DNA of 64,000 nt from a virus. Location of the stretch: positions 7,485 to 71,484 of IMG/VR virus record IMGVR_UViG_3300044511_000202. The stretch is one strand, 5' to 3'. The translations under genes were made by a program, and so were the position numbers. The notes beneath the pieces were generated by a model. The model was not told where the DNA came from. It saw only the letters and a program-made list of their open reading frames with translations, and did not search any database. Positions within the stretch are counted from its first letter, which is position 1. Each line of letters begins with the position of its first letter. Shown here piece by piece: positions 18,325 to 28,406 of the stretch.

Positions 18325-19715
18325 CGACGTACGGACTCACGGAAACGGGCTTCGTGAAGAAGCCCCTCACGGTCATTCGCCAGGAGATCGTAGATCTGAT
18401 CCACGGTCGATTCCCCACCCTCCCGCTGGACGAGTCCACGCCCGACGGGTTCATGGTGGGCGTGGTCGCCGATGTCGTCAACCAGGTGTGGGAGCTGGCG
18501 GAAGCGGTGCACAGCGCGCGAGATCCCGACAAGGCCACGAAGCTGGCGCTCCGCTCGCTGTGCCTCATCACCGGCACCATCCCGCCCCCGGCGAGCTACT
18601 CGGCAGTGATGATGCTCCTGGTGGGCGATCCGGCCACGCCGATCCCGGAGGACACGCGCTTCAGGATCGCTGACACGGATCGCGTGTTCGCCACCGTGGC
18701 GGCCGAACCCGAGCCGGCGCTCGCGGCGCTCGCGCTGTGGACCCCCGCGACGATCTACGCCGTGGGCAACGTGGTCACGACGACGGCCGATCGAGCCTAC
18801 CTGTGCATCACGGCGGGCACGAGCCACGGCGCGACGGAGCCCACCGCGGAGACCGATGACGTCACGGACAACACCGTGCACTGGCTGTTCGTGGGTGAGG
18901 GGACGGCGAGCGCGCTCGTCGAGGCCAAGGCGACCGAGACGGGCCCCGTGTCGGGCGACGCGCGGTTGATCCGCGAGATCGTCACGCCGATCGCCGGTCT
19001 CAACGCGGTGGTGAACCCGCTGGACGCCACGCTCGGTTCCGAGGCGTTCACGGACGGCGAGCTGAGGGTGCTCCGCGAGGTGGAGCTGGCGCAGGCCGGC
19101 GCCGGGACCGTACCGGCGATCCTGTCGGCGCTCGCGCGACTGCTGGCCGCGCTCGGGCTCCCCTCCTCCAACGTGACCGTGTTCCAGAACCGCACCGACT
19201 ACACGGACGCGGACGGTGTCCCGCCTCACGCGGTGGAGGTGTTGATTTCGGGCGGTACGAACCAGGACGTGGCGGAGGCCATCTTCGACAACGTGGCCGG
19301 CGGGATCCGCACGCACGGCACCGAGGCCGTGATCGTCGAGGACGAGGAGGGGCAGGACCACGAGGTTCGTTTCTCGCGCCCCGTCGAGATCCCGATCTAC
19401 GTCACCGCTAACGTGACCTACGACGCGGACGAATACCCGACCGACGGTGACGCCCAGGTCGAAGCGGCGATCATCGCGTTCGGGAACGCGCTGAAGAACG
19501 GGCGCAACGTGTACTCCCGCGCCATCGGCTCCTCGTCGATCCCCGACGAGGACGAAGAAGTACCCGGCGGTGTGGCCGGGGTGTTGGACATCGAGTGTCT
19601 CATCGGCCTCGCCCCGGCGCCCGGTACCACCACGACAATCAACATCACGGCGCGCCAGCGGGCCACCTTCGACACCTCGCGCGTGACCGTCAACAGCACC
19701 CCGGGAACGCCGTAA
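18321..19715 (+). CDS. Baseplate J protein with an inserted CBM-like module
   Basis: YGLTETGF, DPDKA, V.NP.DA..G...TD.ELR and N.T...DADGVPPH motifs. Insert WTPATIYAVGNVV...YLCITAGTS..TEP...DNTVHW. Confidence 0.9.
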   Translation: MTTYGLTETGFVKKPLTVIRQEIVDLIHGRFPTLPLDESTPDGFMVGVVADVVNQVWELAEAVHSARDPDKATKLALRSLCLITGTIPPPASYSAVMMLLVGDPATPIPEDTRFRIADTDRVFATVAAEPEPALAALALWTPATIYAVGNVVTTTADRAYLCITAGTSHGATEPTAETDDVTDNTVHWLFVGEGTASALVEAKATETGPVSGDARLIREIVTPIAGLNAVVNPLDATLGSEAFTDGELRVLREVELAQAGAGTVPAILSALARLLAALGLPSSNVTVFQNRTDYTDADGVPPHAVEVLISGGTNQDVAEAIFDNVAGGIRTHGTEAVIVEDEEGQDHEVRFSRPVEIPIYVTANVTYDADEYPTDGDAQVEAAIIAFGNALKNGRNVYSRAIGSSSIPDEDEEVPGGVAGVLDIECLIGLAPAPGTTTTINITARQRATFDTSRVTVNSTPGTP

Positions 19716-19723
19716 AAACGCCG

Positions 19724-19732
19724 CGCTATACT
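19724..19732 (+). promoter_or_regulatory. -10 motif CGC TATACT, 7 nt before GTG 19740 (leaderless geometry)
   Basis: Recurrent motif; no SD before the start. Confidence 0.5.
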
Positions 19733-19739
19733 TGACGGC

Positions 19740-20309
19740 GTGAGCAAGTCGGCCGACATCGCCATCACCGAGGCCGCGTCGTGGTTCGGCGACGGTACCG
19801 AGGATCGGGATCTATCAGACCTGGCTGCGCGGCTGTGCAGCGTCGACGGGCCCCTCGCGGGCGCGTGCACCTACGTGCGCGTCCGCCCCGCGCGCGGTGT
19901 AGGCGGCGAGCTGGATGTGCGCATCGAGCTGGATGAGGGTGGCGGGCCCGAGGTGGTGCGCTGGCGACCCCCCAGCTTCGCTCGCATTCGACACGACTAC
20001 TTCACGTACGAAAGTACGACCCAACGCACGAAACGGGCCGAGGCGCTGGGCGACGCGCTTGCGTTGGACACGGCGAGTGTCGAGGGGCTCCGCGTCACGA
20101 TGGGTGCCCTCAACCTCTTGAAGACGGAGATCGCGGATCTCCGCGACATGGTCGAGGCGGGGGTCCAGGGGCTCGAACAGAACCTCGCGGGAGCCCAGGC
20201 GAAGCGTGTCGAGGTGTACGCTAAGCAGGTTGCGATCGTCCAGGCGCTGCGCGTGAAGGAGGCGAAGGAGATCACCGGCTCAACCTCCGCGGTGCTCGAG
20301 GAGGTGTAG
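19740..20309 (+). CDS. Hypothetical protein with a C-terminal coiled coil
   Basis: Fills the intergenic gap; first gene of a block inserted after baseplate J. Confidence 0.6.
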   Translation: MSKSADIAITEAASWFGDGTEDRDLSDLAARLCSVDGPLAGACTYVRVRPARGVGGELDVRIELDEGGGPEVVRWRPPSFARIRHDYFTYESTTQRTKRAEALGDALALDTASVEGLRVTMGALNLLKTEIADLRDMVEAGVQGLEQNLAGAQAKRVEVYAKQVAIVQALRVKEAKEITGSTSAVLEEV

Positions 20310-20310
20310 C

Positions 20311-23025
20311 GTGGCGACACTCGCTAAATGGCTCCCTTGGTTCTTCCCGACGCGAACCTCCCAGCTCGCAACGGACACCACGGTAGGCACGGCGACGCGC
20401 CATGACTTCAGCGCGATCACGATCGACATGCCCGAGGGTACGCGCACGATCAAGAGCGTGCGCCTCACCGTCACGGCGCGCGACGCGTTCACATCGGCGG
20501 TCGACTTCGATGGGTGGCGCCTTGGGATCAAGCTGGGCGCGGCGGCGTTCGATGACCTTGACGTCACCACGGCGCTTGCCAACACCGGCGACCACGAGAC
20601 ACTCGTCGCGTACCGCGACGTCACAAGCTACTTTGTTACCAACTTCGGCGCGGGCTCCACCCAAACGTGTCAGGTGGGTTGCGCGTTCGCCACGAGCGCG
20701 GCGGCCAACGTCGTCAACATCACCGCGCGCCTCGACATCACGTACACGTACGACAACGGTGCCTCCACCCACGTCAAGACCGTGGAGATCGTGGCGCAGG
20801 GCCATCACACGGTGATCTCCACCAGCGACGTGGAGATCGGTACCGTGAGTGGCACGGGCAACGCTCCCGCGAACCAGTTCCCGGACCTGAGCACCGAGCT
20901 TCCCGAGGCAGGTAAGACGTACAAGCAGATCACCGCGGTAATCACCGCGATGGATTCCGGCAACGCCATCACCGACTTCAACGCGACGGTGACGATCGAC
21001 TCCGGCACAGCGGACACGCGCGGCACAATCGAACAGGCGCTCATCACGTCCGCGCTATATGTCGACCACGTGGATCTCATGGCGGCGCCGCACTCCATCA
21101 CCACGAACGCGGCGCACGCGTTCAAGATGGCCAGCTCGCTCGCAAGCACATTCGAGAACGTGAGCGTGACGTTCTTCGTCACGTACACGTTCGACGCATC
21201 CACGACGACGCTCGAGTATCACTCGGTGCGCCTACCCCTGGAGAACGAGGATAGTACGGCCTCGAACATCGGCAACACGGTGGGCGACGAGGAGCGATAC
21301 ACGGCTCGACTCGACATCCAGGAACCGGCCCCGATCCGCCAGCGGCGCGTCGGCGCCGTGATCTACGACCACATGTCGAGCGTCAACGGGCTCACGCTCT
21401 CCGTGTACAACGCGAACCAGTCGGTGCGCACGTACGCGCACGCGAACGTGGGGCGCTCAGCAGCCCACATCTACAACCGTCGACTGGACTGCGATCGCGC
21501 CGAGCAGGGCCTGGGTCGCGGCGAGAACTCGATCTCCGTCGACTTCACTAGTAATGCGGGCGCGGGCATCACCTACGGCGTTTCGGGTTACGTCGTGGTG
21601 AACTACGTAGCTGGTGTTCCGGCGCTCGGCATTGGCGCGGGTAACCGCACGACGTGCTGGAGCATCACGTCCCAGCCGGCGGAGTCCACGCTCGTCACTG
21701 CCACCCAGGATCGCGCGCCGGAGTTCCCGGAGAGCGTGTGGAAGGTGAGCGGCGTGTTCGCGCACGTGGGCTCGCGGGGAGTCCTGAGCACCATCGGTTC
21801 CACGTTCGGCGCCGAACGCGCGATCGACGAGGGTGCGGGGAACGGCTGGTATAACGCAACACTCATCGGCGGGAACACACCCGAGTTGGGGCGGCGCGAG
21901 TGGATCGTACCCGTCACGCGTTGGTGCAGGCTCACCAACTACGCCACGCGCGGTATGTCGCTCACGCGCACCGGGAGGCGTTGGCGCTTCTTCCAGCAGA
22001 CTTCGATGGGGTTCGGCGCGGCGCTGTGGGTTACGCACCACTCCTGCACGTTCACTGTGGCGGGGAACTACTCGATCGACGGTGTCGCGTACCAGGGGCA
22101 GCAGATCGTTGACGTGTTCGCGAATGACGAGACTACGGGCGCCTCGGAGAAGATCGCCACGACGAACACCGACGGCGTGGGCGACTACTCCGTCACCGTG
22201 CCGGACAACACGCGCTTCTACTCCGTGACGGGGCGGGGCACCACCGGCGCGGGCGCGGCAGGCTACCCGTCCCCGGCGCCCGCGGGACCACCGTCCGTTC
22301 GCTCCGTAGGCGTTGCGGTGTCCGGCATCGGCGCTGTGACCCCGGCGTGGCCGCGGCACGAGATCTATGACATCGCCCTCCTCATCTGCGAGAGCAACTC
22401 GGGCGAGGCGGTGTCGCTCTCGGCGCCCGAGGGATTCGTCGAGATCGCGGACTCCCCGCAGGACTCCACTGGTTCGCGCCTCACGATGTTCTGGTGTCGC
22501 GCCTCGTCGTCGACCATGACGTCGCCGACGGTGGCAGATCCGGGCGACCACGTCGTGGCTCAGATCATCGTCATCAAGGGGTGCGTGCGCACCGGTAACC
22601 CCTGGGACGTGACGGCGGGCGACACGGCGGCGACGAGCACGGCCGTATCCGTTCCCGGTGACACCACCACGGTGGGTAACTGCCTGGTGCTGGCCGTCAC
22701 GACGAGTGGCCAGGATTCGACGACGCCCCAGATCACCGATACCACGTGGGCTAACTCGAGTCTGGACGCGTTCCGCGCGTACGTCGCCACTAACGTGGCG
22801 GACGGCGGGGGTGGCGGGTTCTACGTGGCGGCTGGTGTGAAGGAGAGCGCGGGTGCCTACAGCGCCAGCACGGCGACGCTCAGCAACACGAGCACGCAGG
22901 GGCGCATCTCCATCGCGCTGAAGCCCTACGCGCCGAGCGCGGGCAACTTCGATCTCGTGGCATACACCTCCGGCCCCGCAGGCGGCGGCGGCTACGCCTA
23001 CGGAAGGGTGGTTAACGGATGCTGA
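20311..23025 (+). CDS. Large beta-rich virion protein, candidate receptor-binding or appendage protein
   Basis: 904 aa, Thr/Ser/Ala/Gly rich, multi-domain, in the tail region. Confidence 0.6.
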   Translation: MATLAKWLPWFFPTRTSQLATDTTVGTATRHDFSAITIDMPEGTRTIKSVRLTVTARDAFTSAVDFDGWRLGIKLGAAAFDDLDVTTALANTGDHETLVAYRDVTSYFVTNFGAGSTQTCQVGCAFATSAAANVVNITARLDITYTYDNGASTHVKTVEIVAQGHHTVISTSDVEIGTVSGTGNAPANQFPDLSTELPEAGKTYKQITAVITAMDSGNAITDFNATVTIDSGTADTRGTIEQALITSALYVDHVDLMAAPHSITTNAAHAFKMASSLASTFENVSVTFFVTYTFDASTTTLEYHSVRLPLENEDSTASNIGNTVGDEERYTARLDIQEPAPIRQRRVGAVIYDHMSSVNGLTLSVYNANQSVRTYAHANVGRSAAHIYNRRLDCDRAEQGLGRGENSISVDFTSNAGAGITYGVSGYVVVNYVAGVPALGIGAGNRTTCWSITSQPAESTLVTATQDRAPEFPESVWKVSGVFAHVGSRGVLSTIGSTFGAERAIDEGAGNGWYNATLIGGNTPELGRREWIVPVTRWCRLTNYATRGMSLTRTGRRWRFFQQTSMGFGAALWVTHHSCTFTVAGNYSIDGVAYQGQQIVDVFANDETTGASEKIATTNTDGVGDYSVTVPDNTRFYSVTGRGTTGAGAAGYPSPAPAGPPSVRSVGVAVSGIGAVTPAWPRHEIYDIALLICESNSGEAVSLSAPEGFVEIADSPQDSTGSRLTMFWCRASSSTMTSPTVADPGDHVVAQIIVIKGCVRTGNPWDVTAGDTAATSTAVSVPGDTTTVGNCLVLAVTTSGQDSTTPQITDTTWANSSLDAFRAYVATNVADGGGGGFYVAAGVKESAGAYSASTATLSNTSTQGRISIALKPYAPSAGNFDLVAYTSGPAGGGGYAYGRVVNGC

Positions 23026-24212
23026 CCGTCAAGCGGGGTAATCTTGCCCGCATCAAGCTACTAGTCGACGACGCGTCCCCACCCGGGTTTGCGGATCTCG
23101 TCAACTCGTCGACGCACGGAGCGATCAACTGCTCCGCTATCTCCAACAACAACTTCGCTTTCTTCGTGCACAACATCTGGCCCGGCGAGCGCCAGGGTAC
23201 GAACGGGATCAGCGTCGAGCCCGGGCGAGGTGCATTCGCGATCTCGTTCGCCGAGGGGCTCCCGCTGAACGTCTCGCTGAGTGGTGACATCGTGACAGTG
23301 GACTACCAGACGGGCGACACGGTGGGGGAGGTGTGGGATGCCATCAACGCGAGTGGCATCATCAAGGCAAATCCCCCGCTAGAGGCGGCTGCCGCTGCGG
23401 CAGTCCTGGATGCTACTGACGAGGGGGATTCGAACGTGTGGGTGGAGGGAGTCGACGGTACAACAGGGATCTGGCTATCGCGCAACGGGTACAGCATGTC
23501 GCTCGTCGGCGGCACCGATGGCACCGTCACGATGGAGGGGGGTGAGCGCGCGCACGTGGTGTCCGAGTCGGAGTTTGCCACCTCGCCCACCACCCCCATC
23601 GGGGGTCACGAGGTGTGGCTCTGGCCGAATCACACGGACGTCGCAGGGGACACACACATCGTCGTCCCGGCCGAAGGTGTCGACCCGGCCCTCACCAGTC
23701 GTGCGGATCGCTTCTTCGAGATCGTTGACGCGATCGACGCGAACGTGGTGCAGTGGCGCGGTACCAATGTGGAGGATCCTGACACTGAGGGGCGTCCACA
23801 CGTCCAGGTGGCGGCATTCTCCTCCGGCGCCACACCGCTCTTCCCGACCGTCGCGGGTCGCACGCTCGGCGTACGGGCGGACGGTTCGGTGGAGGTGGGC
23901 TTGATCCAGAACGACAAGATCACGGCAGCCAGCATCGCGACGGACGCCGTTACGGAGATCCAGTCGGGCATCCCGGCGAGCGTGGTAGCGGCAATTCTCG
24001 CGCAGGCGCTCCGCTCGGGTTCGACGGTGAAGGGTCTACTGCGCGGCCTTGACGCACTCTTCTTCGGCGAGATCACCGGCGCCCCGACGCCCGCCAGCCC
24101 CACGGGCACCATGACGATGAAGGGTGCGGACGGTACCGTGGAGATGACCGGCGCCTACGACATGGTGAACGGTACACGCGCAGAGTGCGATCGCTCGGGG
24201 GCCGAGTCATGA
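23019..24212 (+). CDS. Virion-associated protein
   Basis: DANVVQWRG and ITAASIATDAVTEIQSG patterns, typical of phage fibre-associated proteins. Confidence 0.55.
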   Translation: MLTVKRGNLARIKLLVDDASPPGFADLVNSSTHGAINCSAISNNNFAFFVHNIWPGERQGTNGISVEPGRGAFAISFAEGLPLNVSLSGDIVTVDYQTGDTVGEVWDAINASGIIKANPPLEAAAAAAVLDATDEGDSNVWVEGVDGTTGIWLSRNGYSMSLVGGTDGTVTMEGGERAHVVSESEFATSPTTPIGGHEVWLWPNHTDVAGDTHIVVPAEGVDPALTSRADRFFEIVDAIDANVVQWRGTNVEDPDTEGRPHVQVAAFSSGATPLFPTVAGRTLGVRADGSVEVGLIQNDKITAASIATDAVTEIQSGIPASVVAAILAQALRSGSTVKGLLRGLDALFFGEITGAPTPASPTGTMTMKGADGTVEMTGAYDMVNGTRAECDRSGAES

Positions 24213-24385
24213 GCTGGATCGGCGGATGGCTCGGGCTCTCGGCGATCGTCGAGGTAGTCGAGGAGGCGAGCGGGCCGGCGGCGATCCCAGCAGCCGTGCC
24301 CGCGACATCGGCGGAGTACGTGGACGTGGTGGCGCGCGCGCTCGACCGCATCCCCCTCCAGTTCAGGGGGACCGGTGAGGAGTAA
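24209..24385 (+). CDS. Small ORF, possibly the N-terminus of a split DUF2612 baseplate gene
   Basis: Ends VDVVARALDRIPLQFRG, which resembles DUF2612 N-termini. Confidence 0.5.
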   Translation: MSWIGGWLGLSAIVEVVEEASGPAAIPAAVPATSAEYVDVVARALDRIPLQFRGTGEE

Positions 24386-24902
24386 CTTCGAGCACATCGT
24401 GTCCTCGTACATCGCGGGGCTCCAGGCGCTGCGGGACGCGCTGGTCACCCTCATCCGGATCACCGTCGACGACGCGACGGCGAACGAGCTGGACATCATC
24501 GGCAAGCTCGTAGGCGAGCCGCGCGACGGCGACGTGGACGCGGACTACCGGCGGCGCGTGAAGGCACGCATCGCGACGAACCGATCGAGCGGGACTCCGC
24601 GCCAGCTCACCACCATCGCGCGCCTCCTGCTCGGCGACAGCTACTCCCAGGCGAACGGCGGGCTGGTGCGCTACGAGAACACCGGCACGGCGGGCTACAC
24701 GCTCACGATCGACGGCCTAGCCGTGCCCACTGCGCTCGCCGACGTCCTCTCCCGCTTCCTGAATCAGGCGACTCCGGGCGGGATCGCGAGCGTGCTGGTC
24801 ACCAACGGTGCGGTGCCCACCACGTGGTGTCGATTCGACGCTGCCCACAAGTTCGACGACGCTCGTACCTTCTTCACCGCGCGGCGCTCGCCGCGCAGCT
24901 AG
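24375..24902 (+). CDS. DUF2612-like baseplate wedge protein
   Basis: A...LDIIGKLVGEPR...D.DYR...KARIATNRSSGT motif. Confidence 0.8.
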   Translation: MRSNFEHIVSSYIAGLQALRDALVTLIRITVDDATANELDIIGKLVGEPRDGDVDADYRRRVKARIATNRSSGTPRQLTTIARLLLGDSYSQANGGLVRYENTGTAGYTLTIDGLAVPTALADVLSRFLNQATPGGIASVLVTNGAVPTTWCRFDAAHKFDDARTFFTARRSPRS

Positions 24903-24911
24903 GACGCGACC

Positions 24912-25727
24912 ATGCCCGTTCAACCGCTTGCCGATCCCCGCTGGGCCACCGACGAGACGAACAACGACGAGCCCCTGAGCGGAAAGAAGAACACCGGGTT
25001 TCCCCAGGACTCGGACGTCATCTCCACCGACTTCAACTGGTTGTTCTTCACGCTGTACGGGTGGCAGCAACTCGCGAAGGCTCGCCTCCCCCGTGACGTA
25101 AACGTACACCTCAACTGGTGCGCGCCCTCACTGGGTGCGTGCACGATCTGGGACAGCGGCACCGGCGTCACCACCGTGGAGAAGAGCGCCCATGCGTCGC
25201 GCCCTGGTCCGTGGCTCCGCCACAACGTCGCCGCGAACAACGACCGCGCGACGCGTGGGACAACGGATCGCTTCTTCGTGGGGCCGCTTCCTGCGGGGGT
25301 GCGGATCACGATGGAGTGGCTCGTCGAGGCCACCGATTTGGCGGGTACCCCCGCCCTGTCGTACAAGGCGGGGTTGTTCCACGACGAGTCTCAGGACGTA
25401 TTCACCGAGGACGCGCTGGTGTTCTACAAGTCGAGCGCGTCCGCAAACTGGCGCCTCGTGTCCTCGTCCGGCACGGCGGAGAACGAGGACACCGGCATCG
25501 CGGCGTCCGGGGTTCAGCGCCTCCGGCTCGAGTTCTACGGTTCGGGCTGGAGCGGTGGGCAGCGCCTGGAGGCGTGGATCGACGACACGCTCGTTGCGAC
25601 GGCGGACACCCAGTTCCCGGCTAACGACGCGATGACGTTCGGCGCCTTCCTCAAGAGCACCGGGGCCGCCAACAAGAACGTTTACACCAGCGCGATGTCG
25701 CTGGTGGCGGATCTGCAAGCCCCTTAA
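24912..25727 (+). CDS. Tail fibre/tailspike protein with a lectin-like C-terminal domain
   Basis: N-terminal P.WA.......EP...K..GF........FNWLF baseplate anchor, then a beta-sandwich region. Confidence 0.7.
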   Translation: MPVQPLADPRWATDETNNDEPLSGKKNTGFPQDSDVISTDFNWLFFTLYGWQQLAKARLPRDVNVHLNWCAPSLGACTIWDSGTGVTTVEKSAHASRPGPWLRHNVAANNDRATRGTTDRFFVGPLPAGVRITMEWLVEATDLAGTPALSYKAGLFHDESQDVFTEDALVFYKSSASANWRLVSSSGTAENEDTGIAASGVQRLRLEFYGSGWSGGQRLEAWIDDTLVATADTQFPANDAMTFGAFLKSTGAANKNVYTSAMSLVADLQAP

Positions 25728-25738
25728 GCTGGCGCGAA

Positions 25739-25747
25739 TGCTACACT
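25739..25747 (+). promoter_or_regulatory. Extended -10 motif TGC TACACT
   Basis: Recurrent motif before the membrane/lysis genes. Confidence 0.5.
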
Positions 25748-25757
25748 GAAGGCTCAG

Positions 25758-25922
25758 ATGGCTACCGACGAGAAGAAGAAGAAGAGCGCAACCCCCGCGG
25801 CGTGGCGCAAGCGCGCCGCGGCGGTCGGCGCGATGCTGGCGCTCGTCTGCCACCTCCTCCCGGAGGAGTATCGGGAGGTTTGCCGCGCGCTCGCAGCGGT
25901 GTGCACCGGAGGATCCCTATGA
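25758..25922 (+). CDS. Small protein with one hydrophobic segment (54 aa)
   Basis: MATDEKKKK...AAAVGAMLALVCHLLP; its stop overlaps the next ATG. Confidence 0.6.
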   Translation: MATDEKKKKSATPAAWRKRAAAVGAMLALVCHLLPEEYREVCRALAAVCTGGSL

Positions 25923-26509
25923 ACAAGACGATCACGATCGTGTCCGCAGTAGGAGCCGCGCTTGCGGCGTTCACCGCCACGGCCTTCGCAGCCGGCGCCG
26001 CAGCCCCCGAAGACGGGAACATCCTCGATCTCCTGTCGCCCGTCGTCGACGCCTTCCGCTCCGGTAAGTACCTCGCGGCGGGTGCGTTTGCCGTCGTGCT
26101 CGCAGTGGCGCTCGCGAAGCGTTACCTCCCCGGCAAGGCGGGAGCGTGGGTGAACGGTGACGCGGGCGGGGCGTTATCCGCGCTCGTGGTCTCATTCGCC
26201 GGTACCGTGGGTGTGGCCAGCGGCGCAGGTGACGCGTGGAGCTGGGCGATGGTGACGACGGCCGGGAAGATCGCGCTCATGGCGGCCGGTGGCTACGCGC
26301 TGATCAAGAAGCTCGTGATCGATCCGCTGCGCCCGCTCGTCGCGAGGGCACCCGGCTGGGTGCAGTGGCTCTTCTCGCTCGCCACGTTCGTGTTCGACAA
26401 GGCGACGGCCTCCCCGATCAAGGATGCCGAGAAGGCGGGCAACGATGCCGTCACGGCAAACCCGCCGACCGGCGCTGACGGGGTGGTGGGAAAGCCTGAG
26501 GAGCTGTAG
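25919..26509 (+). CDS. Multi-pass membrane protein, holin candidate
   Basis: GGAGG SD; signal-like N-terminus plus three to four TM segments. Confidence 0.5.
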   Translation: MNKTITIVSAVGAALAAFTATAFAAGAAAPEDGNILDLLSPVVDAFRSGKYLAAGAFAVVLAVALAKRYLPGKAGAWVNGDAGGALSALVVSFAGTVGVASGAGDAWSWAMVTTAGKIALMAAGGYALIKKLVIDPLRPLVARAPGWVQWLFSLATFVFDKATASPIKDAEKAGNDAVTANPPTGADGVVGKPEEL

Positions 26510-26514
26510 GGACG

Positions 26515-26877
26515 ATGAGGCCCCTCGTCGTTGCCACGGTGTTGTTCCTCTCTCCGCTCGTCGCGCCTCGCGCCGCGGCGGAGAGCGAGTTGCAACCGAG
26601 TAACCTCCGCATCACGGAGCCGGCGCTCGTGTGCACGCTCGCGCACCCCGAGCGCTGCGCCCAGCTTCGACCCGGTCGCTACCTCGACGAGGAGCGCTGG
26701 AGCCTGCTGGACGCGGAGGTGCGACGGCTCCAAACCGCGGAGACGCGCCTCACGGCGGAGAACCAGTCCATGCGCAAGAGCCTGGCCGGGTGGACCCCAG
26801 GCTGGAAAACCCTCGCGCTCGCGCTAGCATCGGGACTCGCCGGCGGCGCCTTCCTCGTGGCGAAGCTCTGCAACTGA
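26515..26877 (+). CDS. Signal peptide + coiled coil + C-terminal TM protein (spanin-like candidate)
   Basis: Predicted architecture and position near the lysis genes. Confidence 0.45.
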   Translation: MRPLVVATVLFLSPLVAPRAAAESELQPSNLRITEPALVCTLAHPERCAQLRPGRYLDEERWSLLDAEVRRLQTAETRLTAENQSMRKSLAGWTPGWKTLALALASGLAGGAFLVAKLCN

Positions 26878-26901
26878 AATACGCCTCGCTCGGGGTGCGT
26901 T
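26876..26901 (+). promoter_or_regulatory. ECF-type promoter GAAATA-N16-CGTT
   Basis: Same spacing as seven - strand copies. Confidence 0.55.
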
Positions 26902-26912
26902 AGGAGGCTTCA

Positions 26913-28406
26913 ATGGCGAAGTTGTGCGCGGGTCGGTGCGCCCGCACCCTGCCCGAGGACGATGAGCACTTCTACCCGGATCCTCGGACGGCGGGTTCGT
27001 ACCGAGCGCGGTGTCGGGACTGCTACCTGGCGGACCAGAAGGACGCCCGATCGGCGGCGATGCTGGCGGACCTGCGAGCCGGTGGCGAGTCGCTCCTGGT
27101 GTTTGGTACACCGATCGAGCGCACGTGCGCCGAGGCGCTCCTTGCTCACGGCAACGTCGCCGACGCGGCCGAGAGCGTGCAGCTGTCGGCGCGCATGCTC
27201 CGTTCGCACCTCACCGAGTTGACGAGGCGGGCCGCGGAGCGCGGGTGGAGTCCCGGTCGCGACGTCGCCTCCAAGACCCCGGAGGGGTACCACGTCAAGG
27301 GCGTGTCGTCGTACTATCGCGTGGCCGAGGACGGGACCCGCCAGCTCGCAGGCCAGTGGGTGAAGACGAACAAGGACGCGGACGAGCACCTCCAGTCCTT
27401 GATCTCCGCGGTGGGCGTCGCGTGTGCCGACTTCGCGACCGCACCCCCAGCCCCGCTCCTCACGTTCGAGGAGGCGTGGGCGAGGATGGAGGCTCAGGGC
27501 TTCCTGTACGGACCCGACGCGCTGGCGAACGTGCGACTCGGGTTCGACATGGCCATGGCGGGCCCCGAGCGCGCGATGATGTCGGACGCGGCTCCCGAGC
27601 ACGATCCGGCGGACCTGCTGTGCGTGTACCCCATGGGCGATCCCCACCTCGGGATGTACGCGTGGGCGGAGGAGACGGGAGCCTCTCACTTCGATCTCGA
27701 GATCGCGGAGCGCAACCTCGTGGCGGCTGTGGACCACCTCGTCGCGTCGGGTCCGCCCGCCGACACCGGGCTCATCGTCAACGTGGGTGATTTCTTCCAT
27801 TACGACAACAAGAGCGGCACGACGACGGCCGGCACCAGGCTGGACGCTGACACGCGCTGGCGCAAGGTTCTCCAGACAGGCGTGCGGGCGATGTGCAGGT
27901 GCATCAACCGCGCCCTGCGCAAACACAAGCTCGTGCGCGTCATCAACGAGATCGGAAACCACGACGAGCACAGCTCCCTCGTGCTGTCGCTCATGCTGGA
28001 CTATGTGTACAAGAACGAGCCGCGCGTCCAGATCGACGTCTCGCCCGAGCGCTTTCACTGGTTCCGCTTCGGACTCTGCCTGATCGGCGTGACGCACGGC
28101 GAGTCGGCGAAGGTGGACAAGCTCCTCGGCGTCATGGCGGTGGATCGGGCGAAGGACTGGGGTGAGACGCTGCACCGCTACTTCTACACCGGCCACATCC
28201 ACCACGACACGGTGAAGGAGCTACCCGGCGTCAAGGTGGAGTCGTTCCGCACGCTGGCGCCGCGGGACGACTACCACGCTCGGAGCGGCTACCGCTCGGG
28301 TCAAGACATGAAGATGATCGTGCTCCACAAGCAGCACGGTGAGATCCGGCGCCACACCGTCACCATCCCCCAGCTCACTCCAACAACCTCGACGGAGCCC
28401 CAGTGA
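26913..28406 (+). CDS. Calcineurin-like metallophosphoesterase with an N-terminal Zn/HTH region
   Basis: GDPHLG, GDFFHYD, GNHD, THG and GHIHH motifs. Confidence 0.85.
   Translation: MAKLCAGRCARTLPEDDEHFYPDPRTAGSYRARCRDCYLADQKDARSAAMLADLRAGGESLLVFGTPIERTCAEALLAHGNVADAAESVQLSARMLRSHLTELTRRAAERGWSPGRDVASKTPEGYHVKGVSSYYRVAEDGTRQLAGQWVKTNKDADEHLQSLISAVGVACADFATAPPAPLLTFEEAWARMEAQGFLYGPDALANVRLGFDMAMAGPERAMMSDAAPEHDPADLLCVYPMGDPHLGMYAWAEETGASHFDLEIAERNLVAAVDHLVASGPPADTGLIVNVGDFFHYDNKSGTTTAGTRLDADTRWRKVLQTGVRAMCRCINRALRKHKLVRVINEIGNHDEHSSLVLSLMLDYVYKNEPRVQIDVSPERFHWFRFGLCLIGVTHGESAKVDKLLGVMAVDRAKDWGETLHRYFYTGHIHHDTVKELPGVKVESFRTLAPRDDYHARSGYRSGQDMKMIVLHKQHGEIRRHTVTIPQLTPTTSTEPQ

Noticed and set aside
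10749..19361. Long antisense ORFs (e.g. 10749-12779 and 17553-19361; also 39885-41624 and 49742-51553)
   Set aside because: These are shadow frames expected in high-GC DNA, lying opposite well-supported genes.
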